Shown one piece after another: positions 1-7,827 of a DNA stretch of 39,988 nt. This DNA comes from a virus (taxonomy: Duplodnaviria; Caudoviricetes). The notes under the pieces were generated by a model that saw only the letters and a list, made by a program, of their open reading frames with translations, searched no databases and was not told where the DNA came from. Position 1 is the first letter of the stretch. The number at the start of each line of letters is the position of its first letter. Made by a program: the position numbers and the translations under genes. The stretch is taken from positions 1 through 39,988 of the IMG/VR virus record IMGVR_UViG_3300042804_000018. One strand, given 5' to 3'.

Positions 1-189
1 GTGCACTATGGTTTTAACTTGCTGTAATGTATTCTTATACTCTTGCTCTGATTCAGTTTCTAAAGTCAATGTCTTGTTCATGAAGTTCATATAGGCTTTG
101 ACTCCATTTAATTTATTAACCTCATCTTCAATTTTAGCTGCACAATTTGCGCAATCTAAACCTTCTAAAATTACTTCCTTCTTTAACAT
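1..189 (-). CDS. cadA: Heavy-metal P1B-type ATPase (CadA/ZntA-like), N-terminal HMA domain; runs off the window edge
   Basis: Manual translation from ATG at 189: MLKKEVILEGLDCANCAAKIEDEVNKLNGVKAYMNFMNKTLTLE...; GLDCANC metal-binding motif; SD AAGGAGG upstream. Only the N-terminus is visible. Confidence 0.8.
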   Translation of the reverse strand, partial: MLKKEVILEGLDCANCAAKIEDEVNKLNGVKAYMNFMNKTLTLETESEQEYKNTLQQVKTIVH

Positions 190-213
190 TACTGACCCTC
201 CTTTACTTACTTT

Positions 214-1797
214 CTTACTCTCTTTAGAAACTCTAAAACACGCATTGTAACTAACTTTTAATACCTTCAATATTGTACTTTTACCTCCTCACTGTATAAT
301 TTATTTGATACCATATCTTTATTATCTTGTAAGGAGGTCATTCAATTGTCATTATACGGTAACTCTTCTCAACTCTACTTCGATTTCGTCTACTCTGATT
401 ATATGAAAGAACATTCTGAATTTAAGTACCTTCTCGATTTAATCGATATGATCGATTGGTCCGTTGTCCCAGATTTCAGTAATAAGATAGGCAGAACAGG
501 GTACTCCCGTCGGGCTTTACTTAAAGCTATCTTCGTTCAGAAGGTTAAGGGGTTTACAGTAAGGGAGTTGATTCACTTCCTTAAGAGTAACCCTTCCTTC
601 GCTAAATGCATCGGTTTCGATCCTATTATCAATTACGTTCCTTCTGAAGCTACTTTCTCTTCCTTTAAGAAGGAGTTTGGTCCTTCTTATTTGGATAAGG
701 TTATCGTTTTTACCGTCCTTAAAGGCATCAAAGAGGGGATCTTTGATACCAGTTATCTTGTTGTTGATTCTTACCCCATTATCTTTAATTCTTTCTTCAA
801 CAACAAGAAGAGTCACGGTAAATTCAAAGATTACAAAGAGTACTATCGTTCCCCTTTAGAAGCAAATTTCGGCGTTAAACCTGTTTCTAATTCTAAACCT
901 ATCTACGATAAGTACGGTAACCCAAAGAACGCTATGTCTTATCTTGGTTACAAGGCTCATACTATCACTTTCCTAAACGTCCCTATCTTCACCGTGGTTT
1001 CCCCTGCTTCTGCCAATGACAAGAATTATGCTTTCATCCTTTTAGAAAAGGTTGTTAAGTATTTGGATCTTAGTGGGTTTAACTTCTTAGCTGATGCCGC
1101 ATATGATTCAAGTGATCTTTACGATTACGTCCATTTGATAGCCGGTTCTATTGCTTTTATTCCTCTTAGGAATTCTTCTAAAAAAAGGTTAGTAGGTGAA
1201 TGCGGTAAAAAACTTATTAAACATTCCCATTACCTTGAGAGTAAAAGAAACATATATAGAACCAAATTCGTTTGTGATGATCCTTCTAACTGTCCTTTGG
1301 GTAGGTCTAACTGTTATAGTTACAGAAACTATTCAAAGTATGATTTCCGCCATTTCCTTAACAGGGAATCTCCTTTCTTCAAAGAGATTTACAAGAAACG
1401 TACTCTCATTGAATCCATCTTTTCCAGGTTAGAAAGCAACAACGGTACTACTTCTTTGAAATATACAAACGCTGTGCAACTCGAATGCAACCTTTCTAAC
1501 CTTTTCCTTATCGCTTCTGCTCTCTTAGCTCACAAGATGGGTAGAGATGATTTATTGTCTTCTCCTAAAACACTTATGTATGAAACAGCTTCTTAGCTTG
1601 TTTCTTTAGAAAGTTTAAATTCTCTTCAATACTTCCCAAATGAACGGTTATTCATTAACTGTACTTCTTTCATCTCTATTTTCCCTAAAAACTTCTTCAA
1701 TTCTAATTACTTTCCAATTTTTTGAAGAATTACTTCGATTTTCAAAGAGCATTTTGGATAATTATCCAATATTTTAGTTCTTTTTCTTCTTGCCTTA
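214..1797 (+). mobile_element. Insertion sequence (DDE transposase, IS4/IS5/IS1182-like superfamily)
   Basis: Single transposase ORF flanked by a 9-bp direct repeat ACTTACTTT (205-213 and 1798-1806); pyrimidine-rich top strand unlike flanks; no terminal inverted repeat seen. Confidence 0.8.
346..1596 (+). CDS. DDE transposase (DUF772-like N-terminus plus DDE_Tnp_1-like core)
   Basis: GRTGYSRRALLKA, VPSEATFSSF, LVVDS, GYKAH, LADAAYDS, YKKRTLIESIFSRL motifs; SD AAGGAGG before TTG. Confidence 0.9.
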   Translation: MSLYGNSSQLYFDFVYSDYMKEHSEFKYLLDLIDMIDWSVVPDFSNKIGRTGYSRRALLKAIFVQKVKGFTVRELIHFLKSNPSFAKCIGFDPIINYVPSEATFSSFKKEFGPSYLDKVIVFTVLKGIKEGIFDTSYLVVDSYPIIFNSFFNNKKSHGKFKDYKEYYRSPLEANFGVKPVSNSKPIYDKYGNPKNAMSYLGYKAHTITFLNVPIFTVVSPASANDKNYAFILLEKVVKYLDLSGFNFLADAAYDSSDLYDYVHLIAGSIAFIPLRNSSKKRLVGECGKKLIKHSHYLESKRNIYRTKFVCDDPSNCPLGRSNCYSYRNYSKYDFRHFLNRESPFFKEIYKKRTLIESIFSRLESNNGTTSLKYTNAVQLECNLSNLFLIASALLAHKMGRDDLLSSPKTLMYETAS

Positions 1798-1814
1798 ACT
1801 TACTTTACCTTTAG

Positions 1815-2039
1815 TTAATCGTTGCTTTGACCTATTTCTGAAGTGGGTATAATCTTTTTACTACATTCGCTACAATATATTGCAGTACCAAATAAATCAC
1901 TTTCACCATCACCTAGGATTTCTGCAATATCCACCATTACTTCAACACTACACATCGGGCAGTGGCAGAAAACATTCTCATCAGTTATTTCAATAGATAT
2001 CTCCATGGAATCATTCAATCTTTCTTTCACATAAAACAT
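1815..2039 (-). CDS. Small Cys-rich phage/ICE hypothetical protein
   Basis: CHCPMC and CSEC motifs; SD AAGGAGGG; follows Rha gene as in Firmicutes prophage early regions. Confidence 0.7.
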   Translation of the reverse strand: MFYVKERLNDSMEISIEITDENVFCHCPMCSVEVMVDIAEILGDGESDLFGTAIYCSECSKKIIPTSEIGQSND

Positions 2040-2053
2040 AGTAAGAGCCCTCC

Positions 2054-2716
2054 TTAATTCTTCTCTATTTTGGTTTTATACCATTCCAAGTAACGCTTGC
2101 GCTGCCCATAATCTGGGACAGCTACTAACAAACCAACATCTACCTTTTGTAATGTGTCTAGCATCGTAATCTGCTCATCAGATAAGTAAGGTCGAATGCT
2201 TTTTCCTTTTTCAATTCCATTTGCTAATCTAAACTGCTTTGCAGACATCCCGGTAGCAATGCGGTTAATCATGTCGCATTCATTACTGAAGTGATATGGC
2301 TTAGGATTTTCATGAAGTAACTTAATGTTGTCCGTCAGCAAAGGGAACTCCTTACGAGCCGAAACAAGAGTTTTAATGAACTGCTCCATTTCATTAAAGC
2401 GTTTGATGTATAACTCTTTGAACTTCATTGCTTTCTGCCCTGTATATCCCATAACCAACATAGTGAATCCATCACGCGTCATGGTATAGGCCTTTTGCTT
2501 TCTGTTCCAACCATCCGTGTATGAGGTCGGCTCAAAATTGAGTTGAGCAAATTCTTTACTTAACCCAGATTTGGGGTCAGTGATTTTAGCAATGTCACGC
2601 AGAACATTTTTATGTTCCTTCTCAAAGAACTCTGCTACAAACAAACTATCCACTCTTGCCATATCTTTGGTGTCGGCAAACACACCATATTGATCTTTAG
2701 GTATTAATTCTCTCAT
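2054..2716 (-). CDS. Rha family phage regulatory protein
   Basis: DSLFVAEFFEKEHKNVLRDI and YTMTRDGFTMLVMGYTGQKAMKFKELYIKRFNEME motifs; SD AAGGAGG. Confidence 0.92.
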   Translation of the reverse strand: MRELIPKDQYGVFADTKDMARVDSLFVAEFFEKEHKNVLRDIAKITDPKSGLSKEFAQLNFEPTSYTDGWNRKQKAYTMTRDGFTMLVMGYTGQKAMKFKELYIKRFNEMEQFIKTLVSARKEFPLLTDNIKLLHENPKPYHFSNECDMINRIATGMSAKQFRLANGIEKGKSIRPYLSDEQITMLDTLQKVDVGLLVAVPDYGQRKRYLEWYKTKIEKN

Positions 2717-2780
2717 CAGAATTACCTCCTTAAATTTTTTTGGAGGTCTTGACCTCCTACCTGGTAGCCTTGGGAGAAGG

Positions 2781-3329
2781 TCAAATCTGACGATTTTTAT
2801 ATTCTTGTTCCAATTTTTTTGTTGCTCGTTTTAACTTCTGAGTAATGTTGTTTTCATCAGCACCTATGGAGCTGGCATATTCGCGGATTGACATACCGTC
2901 TATGCGAACGGCGATAAACATATCCGCCCAATCTTCTTTTTTACCGAGTACCTTGCGTATCCATTTACAAACATCCTCGTACTCGTATTGGTTAGAACGC
3001 TCTATTTCTTGAGAGTTATCTGCAAATGTATCCATAACATCTGTTTCATCTTCAGCCTGATCATCTTTACGATATGGAGTCTTCGGATTGCCAAGATGCC
3101 TATGATAGCGGCGCCAGTGGTTGTATTCTTTGGAATTCATTAGGTCGAACATTTCCTGTAAAGTCTTACAACGCTGTACTTCTGCTTTCTTTTCGGGCTT
3201 TGCCTCTGCAAGACGCTGCTCGTAATCAATGTCCAGCATAACGCTGTAATCTCCATCTGGAATTTCAATCGTGGTGTAGTTCTTGTGACCATTTTTGATG
3301 TTGTCTTCATATAAAACTCGAATCTTCAT
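2781..3329 (-). CDS. Phage-encoded sigma-70-like / region-4 HTH transcription factor
   Basis: C-terminal HTH DMFIAVRIDGMSIREYASSIGADENNITQKLKRA; start moved to ATG 3329 (MKIRVLYED) behind SD GGAAAGGA. Confidence 0.7.
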   Translation of the reverse strand: MKIRVLYEDNIKNGHKNYTTIEIPDGDYSVMLDIDYEQRLAEAKPEKKAEVQRCKTLQEMFDLMNSKEYNHWRRYHRHLGNPKTPYRKDDQAEDETDVMDTFADNSQEIERSNQYEYEDVCKWIRKVLGKKEDWADMFIAVRIDGMSIREYASSIGADENNITQKLKRATKKLEQEYKNRQI

Positions 3330-3332
3330 AAA

Positions 3333-3521
3333 GTATTCCTTTCCGTCCTGGCATTGGGCGGCGGAATACAAAAAGAGCCTGTGATGAAGATGACCACAGA
3401 CTCCGCTTGTCCTAAAAAAGGGCACACGAAATTACGGTGGGTGCATCTTCATTCCAAACACAGTCTTTATCACTGTGTTCTGAACTCTTATGCATCCCGC
3501 CGTCCGTATGCGCACTAGGAC
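3333..3521 (-). ncRNA. Putative structured cis-regulatory leader RNA (long hairpin, terminator-like stem, RBS-sequestering stem)
   Basis: Nested inverted repeats 3409-3521; stem 3375-3383/3395-3403 followed by U5 on minus strand; stem 3333-3339/3363-3369 covering the SD. Confidence 0.55.
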
Positions 3522-3580
3522 TTTGAGATTTATTTTGGTTGAGCGATAAATGCTCTTTACTGATTACTACCTTTGAGGAA

Positions 3581-3619
3581 GATAGGCAGGCTGATTATTC
3601 GAATCTGTCTCTGCCTATC
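3581..3619 (-). terminator. Hairpin downstream of small basic ORF
   Basis: GATAGGCAG ... CTGCCTATC 9-bp inverted repeat with inner pairing; no clear U tract. Confidence 0.4.
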
Positions 3620-3626
3620 ACTGAAA

Positions 3627-3770
3627 CTACTTCTTTTTGCTTGGTCTCGTTTGACTTAAAGCACTGCCAGCAACTGATTTAGAATTTTTGCTGTAACGTC
3701 CATCGTTGAGAATTTTACTTGCCTTTGAAGCAACTTTCTTGGATGTTTGGCGTGTATTACGTTTTGCCAT
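3627..3770 (-). CDS. Small basic hypothetical protein (47 aa)
   Basis: MAKRNTRQTSKKVASKASKILNDGRYSKNSKSVAGSALSQ...; strong SD AAGGAGGG before ATG 3770. Confidence 0.75.
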   Translation of the reverse strand: MAKRNTRQTSKKVASKASKILNDGRYSKNSKSVAGSALSQTRPSKKK

Positions 3771-3909
3771 TTCTTTTCCCTCCTTTCTTTTCCTCGATAT
3801 GCCTTTATTGGAAATCAAGCATTCGGTATCTTGCTGAAGAAATACTGAACAATTGCTCTTAAGATATTTACAATCGTGAATTTCCCCTCTGTAAAAGTGT
3901 GAATTTTCA

Positions 3910-3918
3910 TGATATAAT
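3910..3918 (+). promoter_or_regulatory. Extended -10 promoter for the ABC-3C operon
   Basis: TGaTATAAT about 140 bp upstream of the operon start. Confidence 0.5.
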
Positions 3919-4000
3919 CTAAAAGACTTTAATAAATTACAATTCCTTCTCCAGAGCGTTTAATCACTAATAAAATTGTACAAAAAAAAGTCCAACCATT

Positions 4001-4035
4001 AAGGAAGGACTCGGAGGGGTTCGGAAAGATTCGGA
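4001..4035. repeat. Helically phased direct repeats, candidate operator
   Basis: TCGGA at 4011, 4021, 4031 plus degenerate AAGGA at 4001; exact 10-bp period. Confidence 0.6.
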
Positions 4036-4058
4036 AATATAGTTGGAGGTGGCAGATA

Positions 4059-5060
4059 ATGCTCTTTAGTGAATTTGCGAATATATTATTTAAACATAGT
4101 GACACAACATACAAGCCACATGAATTTTTTCTGTCACTTTTCGACAACATTATGAGAGATCCAAAATCACCAGAAGAAATAAAACTATCAGAGGAGAATA
4201 AATATAATCCTTTTGACTCTCTTGCACCGGATTCTTTGGATCGTTTTTTTAAAGGCACTCTCCCATTAAGTAAGAGAAACGTACATAAAATTATTAGCCG
4301 AAAAGATACAGATAAATTTGCAAACTATATAAACGAATATAACGATCATAACCAAATCGCTATTGAAGAAGAAATCAAAACAATGATCCCAGATTTCAAT
4401 CCTGATGATGTTTTGGGATACGCCTGCGCTGATTTATTCCTTCAGATTTTAGATGATATATATGAAGGTCGAGAATCTTCTAGTATCGTTACTCCCAATA
4501 GCTCAACTCTCCCTACTAAATTAACTGCCTTACCTACTCAAACTATTTATTATAATGAATCCGATGGCAAGTTACACATAGGAGATGTTGAAATATCTAT
4601 TCCAAAAGAGATTGAGCCTCCACAGGATATTGCTCCAGAAGAAGAAATTTATGTTCGTGAGCTTCTGGCTGCCTACTCAGAAGCCATAGGATCCGGTGAG
4701 ATTACGAAGAATGATTTGGATTCCTTGCATATGAAGTATAAAAGGAACTTTTCTGATCAAAGAATCAACTTTTATAGTGCTGTACGTATTGATCGTTTTA
4801 TACGTGAATCCTTTGATAAAGGAGAGGAACATGCGAAGAAATGGAAATCTGAAACGCATGATTATATTAAGGATACCCTATGGGATGATTACGATGACGG
4901 GTACAAAAGATTGTTAGCAGTAATGAAAAAAGTGGTGGACTGCTCTACCACGGCTGTTGTTGACAATATCCAAAATCTTGTTGGCCCAAAAGAAAAGAAA
5001 GGAACCTGTCACCTATTAGTAAATGACGGTTGCATCCGCTGGGTGGATGAAGATGAATAA
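4059..5060 (+). CDS. ABC-three-component (Lamassu LmuA-like) protein: uncharacterised N-terminal domain plus CTD
   Basis: C-terminal EEIYVRELLAAY, QRINFYSA, DGYKRLLAV, KKGTCHLLVNDGCIRWV match the ABC-3C C-terminal domain; first gene of a coupled three-gene operon. Confidence 0.8.
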   Translation: MLFSEFANILFKHSDTTYKPHEFFLSLFDNIMRDPKSPEEIKLSEENKYNPFDSLAPDSLDRFFKGTLPLSKRNVHKIISRKDTDKFANYINEYNDHNQIAIEEEIKTMIPDFNPDDVLGYACADLFLQILDDIYEGRESSSIVTPNSSTLPTKLTALPTQTIYYNESDGKLHIGDVEISIPKEIEPPQDIAPEEEIYVRELLAAYSEAIGSGEITKNDLDSLHMKYKRNFSDQRINFYSAVRIDRFIRESFDKGEEHAKKWKSETHDYIKDTLWDDYDDGYKRLLAVMKKVVDCSTTAVVDNIQNLVGPKEKKGTCHLLVNDGCIRWVDEDE

Positions 5061-5505
5061 TAAAGTTTTTAATACAGTATTTGAAATATCCATGAGATTG
5101 TTGCTTATTTTGTCCTTATCAAAAAAGAAAAAGCTTACACTAGATAATTTAGTAACAGTAGATTTCATATCAAATTATTCAAAGGAGTTCGGACTGTCGG
5201 GTAGCAATCTTCATGGTGATAATGAATTTAGTTTTTCTGAATTCTCTATCCGTAGAGCATTAGTACAAGATGCAATAAAACAGCTTGTACTTGAAAATAT
5301 GATAAAGGTTTCATATTCAAAAGAGGGCTTCATATATTCCATTACAGAACGTGGACGAACATTTAGTAACTCTCTAACTTCTGACTATGCGACTGAATAT
5401 AGATTACATGCTCAAAAAGCTCTTGAATATATAGACTCAAAAAACGAAAAAGAACTTCTCAATTTAATTAGCCGAGAAGCCTCTAAATCATTAAGGAAGG
5501 AGTAA
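5053..5505 (+). CDS. ABC-three-component middle component (MC2-like, LmuC-like)
   Basis: VFNTVFEISMRLLLIL, DFISNY, NLHGDN, RRALVQDAIKQLV; ATG 5053 overlaps upstream stop. Confidence 0.82.
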   Translation: MNNKVFNTVFEISMRLLLILSLSKKKKLTLDNLVTVDFISNYSKEFGLSGSNLHGDNEFSFSEFSIRRALVQDAIKQLVLENMIKVSYSKEGFIYSITERGRTFSNSLTSDYATEYRLHAQKALEYIDSKNEKELLNLISREASKSLRKE

Positions 5506-5511
5506 TCCCAA

Positions 5512-7344
5512 ATGGCATTTTATATAACAAAGGTTACAGCAACTGGCCCAGGGAAAGCCCCTGCCACAGTAACATTTAGAAAAGGATTAAATCTCATCTG
5601 CGGGGTTTCCGACTCCGGAAAAACCTGCGTATTAAAATGCATACAATTTGCTATGGGTGTAATCAAGAAACCTTTTGAGAAAGAGCAAACAGGGTATGAT
5701 AGTGTAAGTCTAGACATTATGACTCCAGATGGTCCTATTCATCTTTCTCGAATACTTGGAAAGAATGTAGTAAACGTGGTCACTGAAATTGCTTCAATTG
5801 ATGGTGGTAATTATGACATAGACTATAAAGGCCAGGGAAATAAGAACCCTGTCTTAAATGAACTATGGCTCAAGCTAATTGGTATTCATAAACTTCCAAT
5901 GATAATAAGCACCCAGGATTTCACTAGGCAACGCTTAAAATGGAATACTCTTATACGACTTTTTTGGTTAAAAGAACAAGATATTGAGAATCCAAAATCT
6001 GTACTTTTACCATCAACACCTACACAACACCCTTATTTTTTTGCATCTTTGCTCTACCTTATCACAGGAGATAATTACCCAAATGGTGAAGAGCAAGATA
6101 AAGATGAAATCAGCAAAGCTAAAAAGGATGCTGTTCGTCAATTTGTGAATAGTAGGATTTCACATATGTCGAAAAAAAGAGAAGAACTTCAAAAAGCATT
6201 ATCTGCTTATAGTAACCTAGATGTCGAAGAAGAAATGCAAAAATTAATTGACAATCTGTCCGAAACTGAAGAAGCTATCGCAGCCGCCACAGAGGAAAGC
6301 AAGGATTTACTTAGTACTTTACTTAATTTAAAAGAAAAGGAAGCAGAAACCAAAGTAACTCACTCTCACTTTCAGGCACTTAAAAGCCAATATACAGCTG
6401 ATATAAAGAGGCTTACCTTTATTGTAGATGGAGAAGTACATTTACACTCTGTAGGCAATAATAAAAAGTGTCCTTTTTGCGACGGAAGTATTCCACCTGC
6501 AGAAAGGAAATCTTATATTGAAGCATCAAAATCCGAACTAAATCGTATAATCACACAATTGCAGGGCTTAGCAGAAAGCGAAAATGACGTCATTTCAACT
6601 TTAAATGAAGTTAGAAATAAGATTAAAAATCTAGAAGAACGTAGAGCCGAAATTGAAAAATGGATTGAAACAGAACTCGCTCCTCAAGCTGATAAATTAA
6701 GAGAAGGCATACAGCAATACCGCTCTTATATACAATTACAACAAGAGTCAACTGTTCTGCATAACGTTTCCCAGGAGTGGATTACAGAGCTACAAAAGCA
6801 AGAAAATAGCGAGGATTTAGATAAACCCAAATTTAAACCAAAGGAACATTTTCCCGTAGATTTTAATTCACGTATAGATGAGATAGCTTATTCAATATTA
6901 ACTGACTGCAAATATGAAAATCTGAATACAGCTCATTTCAACATGGGATCCTTTGATTTAGAAATAAATGGATATGCCAAAGAAGATAGTCATGGCAAGG
7001 GATATTGGGCATTTATCAATACCGTATTAGGATTAACCTTTAGGCAGTATTTACACGAGGAGGCTGTCTACAAACCAGGAATTTTTGTAGTAGATACTCC
7101 CTTACTTGGTTTAGATCAAGGTGTTGAAGATAATGCTCCTACAAGCATGAGAACTGCCTTATTTCAATACTTTATTGATAATCAATCCGAGGGACAAATG
7201 ATAGTTGTAGAAAACACAAAAGACCTGCCAGAATTAGATTATGAGGCAGGTGGTGCTAAGGTCATAGAGTTTACTCAAGACAAATACAAAAGCAAGTATA
7301 AAGAAAGTCGTTATGGTTTTTTACATGATGTATATAGTAATTAG
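5512..7344 (+). CDS. SMC/Rad50-like ABC ATPase (Lamassu LmuB-like)
   Basis: Walker A GVSDSGKT, coiled coils around CPFC zinc hook, SHGKG signature region, Walker B VVDTP. Confidence 0.87.
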   Translation: MAFYITKVTATGPGKAPATVTFRKGLNLICGVSDSGKTCVLKCIQFAMGVIKKPFEKEQTGYDSVSLDIMTPDGPIHLSRILGKNVVNVVTEIASIDGGNYDIDYKGQGNKNPVLNELWLKLIGIHKLPMIISTQDFTRQRLKWNTLIRLFWLKEQDIENPKSVLLPSTPTQHPYFFASLLYLITGDNYPNGEEQDKDEISKAKKDAVRQFVNSRISHMSKKREELQKALSAYSNLDVEEEMQKLIDNLSETEEAIAAATEESKDLLSTLLNLKEKEAETKVTHSHFQALKSQYTADIKRLTFIVDGEVHLHSVGNNKKCPFCDGSIPPAERKSYIEASKSELNRIITQLQGLAESENDVISTLNEVRNKIKNLEERRAEIEKWIETELAPQADKLREGIQQYRSYIQLQQESTVLHNVSQEWITELQKQENSEDLDKPKFKPKEHFPVDFNSRIDEIAYSILTDCKYENLNTAHFNMGSFDLEINGYAKEDSHGKGYWAFINTVLGLTFRQYLHEEAVYKPGIFVVDTPLLGLDQGVEDNAPTSMRTALFQYFIDNQSEGQMIVVENTKDLPELDYEAGGAKVIEFTQDKYKSKYKESRYGFLHDVYSN

Positions 7345-7376
7345 GATGATAATCCTTATAACGGAGGTGGCAATAT

Positions 7377-7595
7377 ATGCTACGAATAAGCTATAACAAA
7401 CTCTGGAAAATGTTAATTGATAAAAATATGAATAAACAAGATTTAAAGAATGCCACCGGAATAAGCTCTGCCTCAATAGCAAAGCTTGGTAAAGGAGATA
7501 ATATCACTACTGATATCCTGCTTAAGATATGCGAGGCTATGGATTGTAAGTTGGAAGATATCATGGAGACAGTCCGTCAAAAAGAAAAGCCATAA
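7377..7595 (+). CDS. Cro/C1-type HTH regulator (HTH_26-like)
   Basis: ISYNKLWKMLIDKNMNKQDL...ILLKICEAMDCKLEDIME; SD GGAGG. Confidence 0.9.
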   Translation: MLRISYNKLWKMLIDKNMNKQDLKNATGISSASIAKLGKGDNITTDILLKICEAMDCKLEDIMETVRQKEKP

Positions 7596-7827
7596 TGCCT
7601 CTCAAAAGTTATTATTTGCATTGCGATTCACCACTACTCAGATAATAATACAACTAACTGATTTAATCGTATTATGACATAATAGGATCTATCATCTTAG
7701 AAAAAATGCTCTTCAATTCAGATGATAGATCCTATAGTTATAAAGTATTTAATTCAATCAAAAGTGACAGACGTTATTCTCGAGGCTTGTTTCCCTACGA
7801 TATTATACAATGTTCTCTCCTCACAAA

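Noticed and set aside
3929-4258. 109-aa minus-strand ORF as the missing repressor
   Set aside because: Mostly antisense to the LmuA-like gene with no HTH pattern
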